Shown here: piece by piece, positions 1 through 13,450 of the stretch
Layout: the number at the start of each line of letters is the position of its first letter
How positions within the stretch are numbered: the stretch's first letter is position 1
Origin: the human T2T-CHM13v2.0 reference genome, Homo sapiens
DNA length: 64,000 nt
NCBI RefSeq assembly: GCF_009914755.1
Contig: NC_060932.1
Strand: one strand, 5' to 3'
Notes under the pieces: model-generated
Told to the model about the DNA's origin: nothing
The model's input: only the letters and a program-made list of their open reading frames with translations
Database searches by the model: none
Translations under genes and position numbers: made by a program

Positions 1-2945
1 CCAGATCCTCAAAAAGCACAAATTACCAACTGTAAAATATGAAATTGTGCTATAGTAATTAAGGAAATAAAAAGTATAATTTTAAAAAAAGTCCAGAAAA
101 AGACTTCTTCAAGTTTAATAAGTACAAATGCTTTTGCTGAGGAATTCTACCAAACGCAGAAAAACAACACCAATTATACATAATATCTTCCAAAAAAACA
201 GAACAGGAGAGATTTCATGACTGATTTTATTAAGATAGTATCTTTTGATATCAAACTAGAAAAAAACTATGCCAAAAAAGAAGAAAAAAACTACTAATCA
301 GTATGTCAATATCCCTCATGCATACAGATACAAAAATTCTTTAAAAATATTAGCACATAAACTCAGTAACATATTTTTCAAATATGATAAACTAACTGGA
401 GCACATTCTAGGCATACAAAGCTGGTTAAATATTTGAATGTCAATCATTATAATTCACCATATTTACAGACTAAATGATAAAAATTTTATACCTATAATA
501 ATATCAGTTAATGCAAGGAAAACACTTGACTAAATTCAACATTCATGATTTAAAAAAACTCAGAAAAAAAGAATAGCAGTGAACTTTCTCAACATAACAA
601 AGAACATTAACAAATAACCTATAGATAAATTTGTACTTAGTGCTGAAAATTTTCTATAACATCAGGAACAAGGCAAAAATGCCCACCCTCTCCAGTCATT
701 AAAAACAGTTGTAGCTAGTACAGTAATACGATAAACACAAAGGATTAAAAATAACATTTGCAGATGTTATGTTTCTCTTCATAGAAATTCCTAAGGAATC
801 TACAACAAAACTCCTAGTACTTCAGCAGGGTCTCAGAATATAAAATATAAATAAAGAAATCAAGTATATTTCTGTATATGAGCAAAAACATGCAGATATT
901 TAAATTTAAAAATACACTACCATTTGAAATCATACAAATAGGTTGAAATACTTAGGTGTGAACCTAACAAAACTAGTACAGGAACTGTATCCCCCAAAAT
1001 TATAAAATGCTAATGGAAGAAATCATAAATAACTAAGTAAATGGAGAGGCTGTATTCATGGATTGGACGACTCAACACAATAAAGATGTCAATTTTTTCT
1101 AAATTGATTTATATGTTTACTGTGATATCTATAGAAAATATCAACATGTTTTTATTATAGACATAGACAAACTTAATCTAAAATTTATATGAAAAGACAC
1201 AGGGACTACAATAGCTAAAATTATTTTGAAAAAGTAGAATTAAATGGATGAATTGTTCTACTCAATTTCAAGTCATGTGATATAGCTATAGTAATCACAA
1301 TTGTGTGGTATTGTCAGAGGTACAGACACACAGATCAATAGAACAGAGTAGGGAATCCATCAACAGACCTACACAAATATGCCAAGTGATTTTTCAACAA
1401 AGCTATAAAAGCAGTTCAATGAAAGAAAGATAACCATTTCAACAAATGGTGCTAGAGCAACTGGAAATCCAGAGTCAAAAAACAAAACAACCTGGAAAGG
1501 GCAGTAGCAGGGAGAGGAGCTGGGGAAGTAGAGATGGTTAATGGGTAGACACATATAATTAGAATGAATAAGATCTAGTATTTGACAACACAACAGAGTA
1601 ACTACGGTCAACAATAATTTACTGTACATTTTAAAGTCACTAAAAAAGAATAATTGCATCATTTATAACGCAAAGAAAGGGTACATGCTTGAGGTGATGG
1701 CTACCTCAGTTACCCTGATGTGATTATTACCCATTGTATGCCTGTATCAAATTATCTTCTGAACTCCTTAAATATATATATATATATATATATACCTACT
1801 ATGTACATGCAAAAATTAAAAGTAAAAATAAAACAAAAGACAAAATCTTAACCTAAATCTCACATTTTATTTTTAAAAAAATCTTCAAAATGAGTCACTG
1901 ACAAATGCAAAATATAAAACTATAAAACAAGTTACAAGTTACAGCCTGGGGAATATTTGCATACTATATATCCAACAAAGATTAATATCTTGAATATATA
2001 AAGAACTCTCAAAACTCAATGATAAAACAAACCCAAACAATCCAATTTGAAAATGGCAAAAAAATACATGAATAAACATTTTACTGAAAAGGATATACAA
2101 ATGGCAAATAAACACACAAAAAGGTGTTAGACATCATTAGCCATTTGGGAAAAGCAAATTAAAACCACAATGAAATAACACTATATATCCACCAGAATGG
2201 CTAAAATAAAAAAACAGTAATGCCTCCAAATAACAGAGAGAATGCAAGGAAACTCAATCACTTACATATCACCAGCGGAAACAGAAAATGGTACAGGCAC
2301 TCTAGAAGACAGTTTGGCAATTGCTAAAGAAACAGAACATGCAACTAACATACAACCTGGTAATTGTGCTTCTGGGCATTTATACCAGGGACACGAAAAT
2401 TTATGTTCACACAAAACCTCATATACCCAATAGCCAAAACTGTAAACAGTGAAGATATCCTTTAATGAGTAAGTAGTTAAATAAACTACAGTACATTCAT
2501 GTCATCAAATGCTAATGCCAGCAATGAAAAAGACCGAACTATTGATACATGCAAAAATTTGCATGCATCCCCAGGGAATTATGCTGAGTAAAAAATGTCA
2601 ATCCCAAAAAATTACATACTTTGTTTCCATTTATACAACGTTCTTAAAATGACAAAATTCTAGAACTGAATTGATTAGTGATTGTAAGAGGTTAAGTAGG
2701 GGGCTGGGGTGGGAATGAGTTTGGCTATAAAAGGGCAATATAAAATATCCTATGGTGATGGAAAAGTTCTGTATCTTGATTATGTAAATATTAACATCCT
2801 GGATGGGATATTGTACTATATTTTGCAAGACATTATCATTGGTAGAAACTGGGTAGTGGATACATGAACTTTCTCTGTAATTTTTCTTAAAACTGCACGT
2901 GAATCCACAATTATCTCAAAACAAAAGTTTAATTTAAAAATAAAA
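1..2945 (+). mobile_element. Old LINE-1 (L1MC/L1MD-type): decayed ORF2 and 3' UTR, interrupted at about 1490-1835
   Basis: A-rich L1 ORF2-like motifs (caggaacaaggcaaaaatgccc, ttcatggattggacgactcaa, gatcaatagaacagagtag, ttcaacaaatggtgct); ends aactgcacgtgaatccacaattatctcaaaacaaaagtttaattt. Confidence 0.85.
1490..1835 (+). mobile_element. L1MA1-3-like 3' UTR fragment nested in the older L1
   Basis: gatggttaatgggta...gaatgaataagatctagtatttga...atgcttgaggtgatgg...taccctgatgtgattatta...tatacctactatgtac followed by an A-rich tail. Confidence 0.8.
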
Positions 2946-3639
2946 TGTGATAATTATTTAGTTACTACTTGGGTTAAAAGGGTTATTTATAGTTATTTTT
3001 ATTATTATTTATTATATAATTATTACTTATTATTTATAAACCTGCCAATATTAGATGTTAAAGTTAAAGCAAAATAATACATTTTTGTATATTATGAGAT
3101 CCTTAAATATGTTCTCAGCTTCAGAGACTGCAGTAACTATATGTAAATTTCTCTCAGTCATCATTGTTCCCAAAAATCTGGTAATGGTATGTTTCCTTTT
3201 AGAGCTTGCCCTTTCAATTTCTAGTTAGTTTTGATAGGATCAACAATCATAATATTCGCCAAATCTGTGCCCCACAACTCTGCTGGCCATAGAGCAGACA
3301 GGCATTCTAGTTATGTTAAACCAAATTGTTTTCATTTGGAACTAGAATTTTGATTAAAGATGCACAGATTTATAACTTGTACTCAATAATTCTCGAAATA
3401 TCCTGTTTCTCATATTTCCGGAAATAGTCTGGCTCTTTTCAAGGCTTAGATGCTTAGATCTGCCGTTAATTATGTTCATTATCCAATATTCTTCAAATAC
3501 ATTTTTTTTTCTTATTTGAACTACTCAGATCTGTTTTCTGTTGCTTTCTTACTCTGTGCCCCCTAGTAAGCAATAGAAAATTTATCTGGTCCAATTTACT
3601 TTAATGCCTTATGTCCCTATATTAAGGCGCAATATATAT

Positions 3640-4195
3640 TAATTTACTTAACAAATATCTAAAGAGACTATGTGTAAGGCCCTGGCCTAGATGCTGGAAT
3701 CAGAAAACAATCAACAAAGCAAACCAAGTCATACAATCCTGGAGCTTAGTAGGGGAGAAGAGAAATAAACAAAAATAAAAGTATAGTATTATTTACAAAT
3801 ATAAAGATTGTGAGAAACAATAAAACTGGAGATTGGGAAATGAAAGTGATGATAATACTGGGCTTTATTTTATAGAAGGTCTATCAAATGCTGTAATATT
3901 TAATAGAGCCCTGAGGGGCAAGGGTGAGTGATTTGTCAAATGTCTGGGGAAGGATTTTCCAAGCAGAGGGAATAGAAGTGTCTGTGTGCAGAACTGATAA
4001 TATACTTGGCAGGGTGGAATAATCCCAAAGGAAAGGGTGGGGTGCTTGGAATGGAGTGGGTGTTGGGGAGTGGTAGGAAATGGACCAGTGAGGTAACAGG
4101 ATCTGCAGACCATGTAGAAATTTGAAGGCTATTGTAAAGACTTGGCCTTTTTCAAGTGAGATGTAATGCAATCACAGTGTTTGAGATGTAGTGGC
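3640..4195 (-). mobile_element. L2 3' fragment
   Basis: ttaacaaatatctaaagagactatgtgtaaggccctggcctagatgctgg and gccattgtaaagacttgg-type motifs of antisense L2. Confidence 0.7.
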
Positions 4196-6289
4196 CTTAC
4201 AAAATGTATTATAGCAATGCTGTCATGGGATTCTTTTTATGATAATTTTATCACAAGTGTTTTGAGTATCTCTGCAAGTGTCAATCTAAACACAGTATCC
4301 TATTGTTACAAGGGCTTATGAAATCACATGGGCCTATTTTCAACTGTCACAATTCTCTCCTTTCTTCTTAATTTCCTTACCTTTTTATCATTAGTGTTGC
4401 CATGGAAATTTTTACTATTTGTCATGTATCATAATTGTAAAGACGTATTTTGCACTAAAATATAAATTGATGGAGAGTAATATTAGTATTATATTTATCT
4501 TGGTAGTCAACCAAAGGTATAATGGTATTTTTATACCAGTTTACTTAATAATATCTTATTGAAATGAATGAATAAAGTCCAAAACATTGTATATTACCTG
4601 GTTTATTAATTTCTGCCTTGTTTTGTTCAATTTAGATTTCCATTTTCTAGATTGGTACATGACACAGAGGAGGTACTTAATAAAGATGTCTTTATGGATA
4701 AATGAATATCCTCATTTTGCAGATGGCAAAAATGAGTCCCTATTTTTTCCCTATATTGACTGCTGTTGGCCACACAGGCATAGTTAGTGGGAGAGAATCC
4801 ATGTGAAACAGTTTATAATATATTGTATTTCCACTGAAATAATTTATCTATTAACTCTTTCAATAAGCATTTGTTGAGTACAAATTAAGTGCTTAATACC
4901 ATAACACCATGACCAAATATTTTATGAGGAGAAAAGATGTTTTTATTTCTCAGTTAAAGAACCTGAAACATAGCATAAAATGTAAATATATAATGTAAAT
5001 ATATTAAGGTTTATTTGAAGTGAAATTAAATATATATTAACATAACTCAAAAATATATTAGAGTATAGAAAATGAAGCCCAAAAGCAAAACAGTGAATGC
5101 TTATTGTGTTTCCTCTTGTCAAATATCCAGGAATAAAAAAATGAGTGTATACTGTGTTTGTCAGCCTCAATGTAACCACATGCTTCATGGGGGGTAGGAA
5201 GTGACACTTTAATATGAGATCCTGTCTACATGTAATGTGAATTGTGCCCCTGGATTTTGCATTTCATTAGCCTGGAGAGGTAATAAGAGTATCAGTGACA
5301 CAACAATATGCATACTCTGATAGATGAACACATCATTTGATTTACACTCTAGCTCAATATATCAGAGAATACACTTTTAAAAGCCTAACTGGAATATATG
5401 AACAATGAAAAATTTAATATCAGGATTGGGACCTAATTTGAATAATTCCTAAAATAAGGTACATTTTATTCAACATTTGGAAGAAGGCAAAGAATATGCA
5501 TTACCAAAGAAAAAGAAGACCTTCAAGGGAAGGTATGCAAGCCAGAATGAACAAATTTGAGTGGGTAAATAATAAATGTGGCTGGAAAAGAAGATCTGGC
5601 ACTAAAAACATATATTGCAGCCAGCTGACTGATGTCATTTTATTTATACTGGCCATATACACGAAAACATATAGTGGTTTTTGGTAATATGAAAATCTTA
5701 GAATTATAAAGCATTAGGAATATGAAAAAGATTATGAAGTCTCCAGAAATACTGAGGTATAAGGAATAAAAAGTGTTCCTTGCTAGTTGATAAAAATAAA
5801 TTCATGTATAATAAAAATCAGCCAGGGCCAGAATCTCTGTGAATTTAATTAATGACTAAATTGGGCATACTTTACTTAAAAGGTGATATGCACAACTGAG
5901 CACTTGCACTGTGTACTACTAGAATGTTTAACTATGTCATGGAACTGAAATACAACATGCAACATTATATATTTTATGGCCTTAGCAGCCTTTAAATATG
6001 AATTATTTAGTATGATTAAAATCACTCCCTAATAAATAAACTAAGGTTTGCATATGCTAGCATTTTTCCTTACAGAGAAATAAAAGGAATATTATTGGAA
6101 AAGAAGCTTTCTATGGTTGTTAGCTATTTTTTTATTTTAGTTTATAGCATTTTATTGAGTTCTGTAAGAGATAATGGGGATAAAGAAATATAAGACATAG
6201 ACTTTGCCCTCAAAAACTATATATTGCATAAAAGTTTTCATTGTCTCATTCTTCTATCTGGTTGCAAAACTTAAAACTTACTAGTTGAC

Positions 6290-7520
6290 TTTGCCACACT
6301 TTTCTTCTCAGAACACTCTCTTCTTACTTTCAGGATATTATATTCTGTCGGTCTTTCTGATGTCTCTGCTTTTTTATGATCTTAGTATTTTGGATCTCTC
6401 CATTATTGTAGGTCTTTATGTACTTCAGCGCTTTTGGATGTGGTTCTGAACTCGCTTCTCTTCCCAGTCCATATTTCAAAAGCTCCCCTAGATTTCAACT
6501 CCAGCTGAAACACTACTGTTCTGTTCTCAGCTCAAGATCAATATAACTTACTCTTTTTGGTGTGAGTAGGTGTGTGGAGGGGAGAGGGTTGTGTTTACTT
6601 TGCCACTTGGCTGTCTTAAAGGTGTCTCTGTTTCGCTTCCGTCATTCCTCATTTCAATGAATGGTCCATTTACCCCCACTTGTGTTCTCTTCCTTGATAA
6701 GGCCTTACCATTCACACATAACACTCATGAATAACAAATCTTTGTTAATTCCCTTCCTAATTATATCTCAAACTCAGCACATTATTACCTCTCCCTCTGA
6801 TCACTCTTATCCAAGCCACTAGTGTCTCTTGTTTAGAACACTACATCACTTCCTCCCAGCCCCTAGTTCCCTGTATTCTTGGTCATAGAATCTTTAATAA
6901 TGCAGTTACAATTCTTATATATAATACCTTACACTCCCACTTTCTCAAACTATTTAGTAGTTACCCATTGCTCTTAGGATAAATTTAAAAAATCTTTAAA
7001 ATGACTTGCAATGCCTGATGCATATTCTCATTTCTAAAGAGTTTTATATCCATATCTTCCATTCCACAGCCTCTCACTATTCCAAATGTGCCAGATATTT
7101 TTAATTCCTCAAAAATACCAAATAATTTTCATCTTATTTTTCATCACATCTTTATTCCATCTGCTTAAAATGCTCTCTTTATGACCCTACCTCCCTCCTC
7201 ACAGCCTTTTGCCATGTCATCTTTATCTATTTACTCTTCAAATTAAAGTCTGAAAGTCATTTCCTTCAGTTGCCTTCCACAACCCTGCGGATCAGTTATA
7301 TGCTCTCGTAGAATACTGTATCACTTCCTCATAGCTCTTATGATAAATGTAACTGTATCTTCTGTGTAATTATTTTATTTATACTTTTATCTGCTTATTC
7401 TACACTTCAGTAAGCTCCATAAAGGTACAGAATATTCCTGTTGTGTTCACAACTATATTTCCAGAGCCTAGTACAGAAAAAGTACTCAACAAATAGTGGC
7501 TTAAAGAATGAGCAATGAAT
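6290..7520 (+). mobile_element. L2 fragment including the 3' end
   Basis: Pyrimidine-rich L2 body; ends gtaagctccataaagg...cagagcctagtacag...tactcaacaaata...gaatga. Confidence 0.7.
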
Positions 7521-7827
7521 TAATACAAAAAACACTAAGCCCACCCTGATACTATCAACTTGGCATGGCCCTATGTGGAAATTTTGACAGAGTACATATT
7601 TAAACACCTGTAAAACAAAACCTGTAAACACCTGTAAAACAAAACAAACCAAGAGTTTTGTTGGTTTCTTCATGCATGTTACAGTAATAGATTTTACCTT
7701 CATAAAAATAATCCAAATAATTGTATATTTATAAAAAACAGAACTAAATATAACACTAAGATCTCAAGTGAAGCAACAGTATTTACTTTAATTACAGTTT
7801 TCTAAAGATTTCTACAGGTATAATCAG

Positions 7828-7888
7828 TATATACATGTTTATGCACACACATACATATATACATATATATGCACATATATACATATGT
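7828..7888. repeat. (TA)n/(CA)n mixed microsatellite
   Basis: tatatacatg...cacacacatacatatatacatatatatgcacatatatacatatg. Confidence 0.7.
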
Positions 7889-9044
7889 GAATATCTGCAA
7901 GAGACAAAATAAGTAAACAGTGTCCGGTTAAATATGTTGCAAAATCCTGAAAATGTGTATTTTATGGAATCAAGATCAAAATCTTCTGAGGAGCAGGTAA
8001 ATATTTCAGTTTAATTGAATGACAAAATTTAGGAAAGAGAGGCAAAATTCCAAAATTTTCCATTAAATTTAAACTCTTAAAGGGGCATTTTATATTTTTA
8101 TTCATATTATACAAACATCTAGGACACGGAAAATGCTCACCATAACTTTGTAGCCTCTGACTGTATTTTGCTTTCTCATTATTGCCACAGCCAAATTCCT
8201 AACATAGGACATGTGATCTGGTCTCTGCATCTGCATCTTTCAGATTCATTGTCTTCCCTCATTATTTTTTTACTTACTAATACAGATATACTATGCAATC
8301 ACTTATTTTCTACTTATAAAATTGCACTGCTTGTGGAAAAATTCAAAATCTCTGCTCAAGATATTGTTAATCAAATTCAAGACCTTCTTTTTGAGATACA
8401 ATGCATTATTTTGGTTTCCTTGACATGTATGCAATTCCCCACATTTCCAAAGCTTTGAGATATTTTTTCAGAGAAATTACTTAAAAATAAATCTCAAAGT
8501 CTGACTGTGCAATGTCAACCAGACCCAAGTCTTGTGATTGTACATGGTGTAATCCCAAAATTTACTTTTAGCTAGTGAATGAAAAATGGTATATTTCTCT
8601 AAAATATAATTTAACTATTTATAAGGGAGGAAACTCCTTTGGTAATAACTTGAGTTTTCACATATGCTATCCCTCAAAGGTTCCTAGAATCTCCAAGGTG
8701 TAACAGCTGTGAAGCCATCTGTGAGCTGAATCAAGTTCCAATAGCAAATGCATGCCATCAATACAGAAATTCAGCCAAAATTTAGGATTGGGTCAGAATT
8801 CATTAGTAAAACACTGCTACTTTCCTAACAAATAGGTCAATCTGCATTAAATACTCTGAAAATCATTATGTGAGAAAGATTTTTTTTTCAAGCAACAAAT
8901 ATTTTCTTAGGACAATTACAAAATTAACTAGTTGTGAGGAGATTCATTCATTCAACTAATATTTAGTGGTGGCACTGTAATAGGCAGCATATCTATAGTA
9001 ACAAAGAAGACAGAAGTTTCTTCCTCTTTAGCATACTCTACAGA

Positions 9045-9573
9045 GATATACACTTTTGTATAATCCACTCCTTGAGTGTGAGAAGAGCCTGTGAATACAA
9101 TGGTATATCACTTTTGTGATAATTTTTGTATTTTATGGCAAAAGGGTTTTGTAGGTGTAATTATGGTTCCTAGTCAACTGACTTTAAATTTAGGAAAAAG
9201 ATTATCCTTGGTGGGCCTGATCTAATCAGGTGAGGTCTTAGAAGTGATACTATGCAGCAGCAGATCCTCTACTGTTGAACTTAAAAAAGCAAACTGCCTT
9301 GTTAAGGACAGTGTTAGGTGGCAGAAATAGGTAGGCTAGGATCTGAAAGCCTCAGTCTTAAGCTATAAGGAACCGAATTCTGACAATCAATAATCTTGGA
9401 AGATGAAATTGCAGCTGTTGACAAAACCATTCAGCCTGGTGGAGACCCTGAGCAGAGGATCCAGCTAACCCATGCGCATATTCCTGACCTACAGACACTA
9501 TGAGATAATTTTTGCTTTTGTCTTAAGCTGCTATGTTTGTAGCATTTTGCTATGCATTAATAGAAAATGAATA
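9045..9573 (+). mobile_element. MaLR solo LTR (MLT1E-like)
   Basis: ccttgagtgtg...cctgtgaata, gattatccttggtgggcctgatctaatcaggtgag, ccctgagcagaggatccagctaa; 3' end taagctgctatgtttgtagcattttgctatgcattaatagaaaatgaata. Confidence 0.8.
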
Positions 9574-10779
9574 TGGGAAAGGACAAGATTTTCATGTTTT
9601 ATTCTTAATTGCTAATAAATACATAACACATTGTATTAAATATAATTTATTCATTACCACTATATGTATTAATGCCAATAATTTAAGTGTCAGGATTGAA
9701 CAGATCAGGCCATGACAAGTAAAGAAGGGGAATAGTATTGTAAACAATTTAGAACTGACATCGTTCTTTCGGTTCTATATCTGTATTTGTGACATTAGCT
9801 TCTTGGATGAGTATAAAATCTGAAATAAGCACAGTCCATAGCAAAATCAAACATTAAAAATGTGCAGAAAATATAGGATTTCATAAAATCATAATCAGGG
9901 AATTTAGCACATAAAAATTAAAAGATATCTTTTGAGAGATCAAATAATCTCCCATTAATCAATAAATAAATATTTAGGATAAAATGTTAGGGATCTTAGT
10001 AAAGTAAGTCAGTTGAAAAGTGAAGTTAGTAGGTGAAAAATTCCATATGTTAATAGGTTCAAAGTTATCACATTGCTCTGTGATTCACTAACACAATACC
10101 ACATTCACTTTTCTGTTTCAGCCAAATATAATGCATTAGTTCTCATCTTTATGTGAAATACTATTATCTATTTTCTAATCTTTGTATTGAATGTTAGCCT
10201 TCACATATATTCATTATTACTATCTTAATTGTATTATTGTGCTAAAGGTTCATTTGGGAAGCCAATGGAAACTCTTTGAGTCAATCATTGCAATTGTTAC
10301 ATTTTAAGACAAAACACCAGAAATATACAAATAATATGCACAGCACTGTATTAAATAATAATAACATAATATGAAATATTGAGAATAATATAAACAATAG
10401 GAATGACAAGAATAATACAAACAAAAATAATGGCAAGAATAATATAAACAATAATCTAAACAATATTAATGACAATATAAAATAGCAAGAGACAACATAT
10501 TTGCTTGATTTTAAAATAACTTCAGCAGAAGTTTCTCTTCAGTAGAGGAATTTAGTCAGTTTTATAACCGACATATTTTGACAGAGTATTGACAATAGAA
10601 TCAAACAATGTTCTTCTACAGACACTTTGATGTAGTGAGACTACCTACAGAGTCAAGATTATTTAAAATTGCAGTTTATTTCTGACATTATCTTATGATA
10701 TGATTTTGAGAAAAATGCCTAACTTCTCTGACACATATTAGAAGTTTTGATTATGCCCGGTTTTGTCAAAATATAACAG

Positions 10780-11320
10780 GAAATTCAAAGCATTACTGGT
10801 GGAAATATAACCAGATGTGGCCAGTCTGAAGAACAGCTCAGAAATAGTCAAATCTAAAATGCATTTGTAACTATGACCCCACAGTCCTTGAGTACATTTC
10901 CAGAGTAACTTTTACATGGGGGTTTTTAGAGTATGAGGCAATATAGGTGTCCAGCAGTGGGACCACTATATGTGAAACTACATAACATGGTGGTACAACC
11001 GCCTGAAGAGCTTTTTAAAACTACTTAATCCTCAGACACTCTGATCCAGTCCACCTGGGAAGGTTTTGGGGATACTAGATGTTTCATCCAAGATTGTGAA
11101 ACCAAGATGGAGCAAGTAGACAAAACTTAAAATCACACTACTGAGTAAACAGTAAGAAACAGCAAGAGATCTATAGCATAATACCACTTATGTAACTTTT
11201 AAAAGCATATAAACATAAAATACTCTCTATTTCACGAAGATACGTAAAAATCAAGGATATGGAACAAACACATTTGAGTGGTTCCTTATATGGGGAGATG
11301 CATAGAAATATGGAATAGGG
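10780..11320 (+). mobile_element. Highly decayed L1ME-like 3' fragment
   Basis: tactggtggaaatataa..., aaatgcatttgtaactatgacc..., tatagcataataccacttatgtaac. Confidence 0.45.
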
Positions 11321-11602
11321 ATTCAAGACAACTCAGTATACACATATTCACACGTGAACACCTGCATCCGTATGTCTTGTAGTGCTGCAAAAAAAGTTTG
11401 GTGACAATGTTCCAGGAGTAAGAAACATGATTAACCCAATCCCTTTTAACCTAAGCTTTAAATAGAATTAACAACAATGATATAAAATTAGTATATGGGA
11501 CTAGTTAATCTTTAAAGCTCATTCTAGTTTATAGCATGCATTTTTTTCTCTAGGTAGCATTTTTCAAAATACACTTTGCCTGGTTAAAAAAATTTGACTT
11601 TT

Positions 11603-11875
11603 GGCTGTGTGCAGTGGCTCATGTTTGTAATCCCAGCACTTTGGGAGGCCAATTGAGTGGATTGCTTGAGGCCAGGAGTTTGAAACTAGCCTGGCCAACA
11701 TTGTGAAACCCCATCCCTACTAAAAATACAAAATTTAGCTGGGCATATGCCTGTAGTTCCAGCTACTCAGGAGGCTGAGGCATAAGAGTCATTTGAACCC
11801 AGGAGGCAGAGGTTGCAGTGAGCCGTGATTGCACCACTGCACTCCAGCCTGGACGACAGAGTGAGACTCTTTCAG
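11603..11875 (+). mobile_element. Alu (old S or J subfamily)
   Basis: ggctgtgtgcagtggctcatgtttgtaatcccagcactttgggaggcc ... gcactccagcctggacgacagagtgagactct. Confidence 0.95.
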
Positions 11876-12180
11876 AAAAGAAAAGAAAACAAAACAAAAC
11901 AAAAGAATACAAAAGGAAAAGAAAAGAAAAGAGAAAAGAAAGAAAAAAGAAAAGAAGAGAGAAAAAAGAAAAAAGAAAGAAAAAGAAAGAAAGAAAGAAA
12001 GAAAGAAAAGAAAGAAAGAAAGAAAGAAAGAGAAAGAAGGAAGGAAGGAAGGAAGGAAGGAAGGAAGGAAGGAAGGAAAGAAGGAAGGGAGGGAAGGAGG
12101 AAGGGAGGGAAAGAGAGAGGTACGGAAAGAGAAAGAAGAAAGAAAGAAGAGAGAAAGAAAGGAAGGAAGGAAGGAAGGGA
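11876..12180 (+). repeat. Compound polypurine microsatellite (A-rich, AAAG, AAGG) derived from the Alu tail
   Basis: About 300 bp of gaaaa/aaag/aagg repeats. Confidence 0.95.
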
Positions 12181-13274
12181 ATTTGTCTTTGCATCACTCA
12201 CTTCCTTTTCAGCCTGAGGCACTTTCTTTGGTTGGAATCTCATCTATTATGTGAGAATTCAATAGATAAAGAGTAATATGCCAAGATGCATAATTATTAT
12301 AAGAGGCATAATTAAGGGAACAAACAATGATTGCTTTGGAGTAGGAAAGACTTGATAATGGGCAGTGGGACTATGATAAATGTTTTCTAACATTTGAAAA
12401 GCCTTCATCTGTTACATGATAAAAATATGACACTTACATTGTTTGGCAACAAATGATTCAGAGGCAATCTGAATCACTAGATGGAATTTAAAGGAATTTC
12501 AGTTCAACATAAGAGAGGGTTTCTATTTAGAGTTGTCCAAAAAGTGAAAGAGTTGCCATTAAAGGTTGTGAATTCACAGCTGCATAAGTGTTCAAAAGTA
12601 GTGGGGGTGCAACAGAATTTAGTCAAATGTTGATGCTGCTCATATAATGGTTTTTTCTCAAATTGAGTTGGATCAAAGCTATTCTCTTTTGACTTTCTCC
12701 TCTACACACGTATTTGGAGTCCATGGTAAAAAATGTATGCCATTTTTTTCTTCAAGATTGTTTATGTTCATAAATACTGAATTAGATGATTTACAAGATT
12801 TCCGTTAAGCTTGTGATGGTATGAGAAGAAAAAAAACCCATCCAGTGCATGAGTCAGTTATCACACTGATTATATTCTGAAATAGATATCAATTTCAAAA
12901 TAAGATTAACTACATCCCAATAAATGGTAAGTTTGGTGCACATATTTAAATTATATACTTTGATGCCAATTACTCTGTATAGTTCTTTTTTATTTGGACC
13001 TGTGTTTTCACGTAATTTAAAAAATTTTATACAGAACAAATTTTATGTACAGAGATGAGTAAGTTATTTACTGCTTTTAAGAGGAAAATTACCTACAAAA
13101 CCAAATACTTACAAACCAAAACAGTTTAATAGTAGTGTAATTATTTTTTAGTGGGTGATTATTTATAGAATGTCTGAATGTGACCAACATAAAAACATTG
13201 CTTGAGAATGTCATCAATGTTTTGGTCACTGAAATTTATTAAAGAAAACCGATGGCATCAAAATTGGAATTATA

Positions 13275-13450
13275 AGACTGAGATTTATATTCAGAAGACC
13301 TGAGTCCAAATGCATCACTATCACCTAAAATGTGTGACCTTTGAAAACAATGTGTTTTTTTTAATCTCTGAAATTCATTTTAACTCAACAAATATTTATT
13401 GAGTAACTACTATGGGATAAGTCCTGTGTACACAGAATACAATCTTAGGG
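13275..13450. mobile_element. MIR fragment (+) abutting an L2 3' end (-)
   Basis: cagaagacctgagtccaaat...tgtgtgaccttt; ctcaacaaatatttattgagtaactactatg. Confidence 0.6.

Noticed and set aside
7601-7645. 24-bp micro-duplication (similar ones at 24993-25029 and 30479-30502)
   Set aside because: Ordinary slippage duplications with no functional signal
10281-10475. Hydrophobic 64-aa ORF resembling a membrane peptide
   Set aside because: AT-rich low-complexity (AAT)-like sequence
11763-12276. Four long ORFs (123-152 aa), Lys/Arg/Glu-rich or Phe/Leu/Ser-rich
   Set aside because: Translations of the stop-free GA microsatellite and the Alu end
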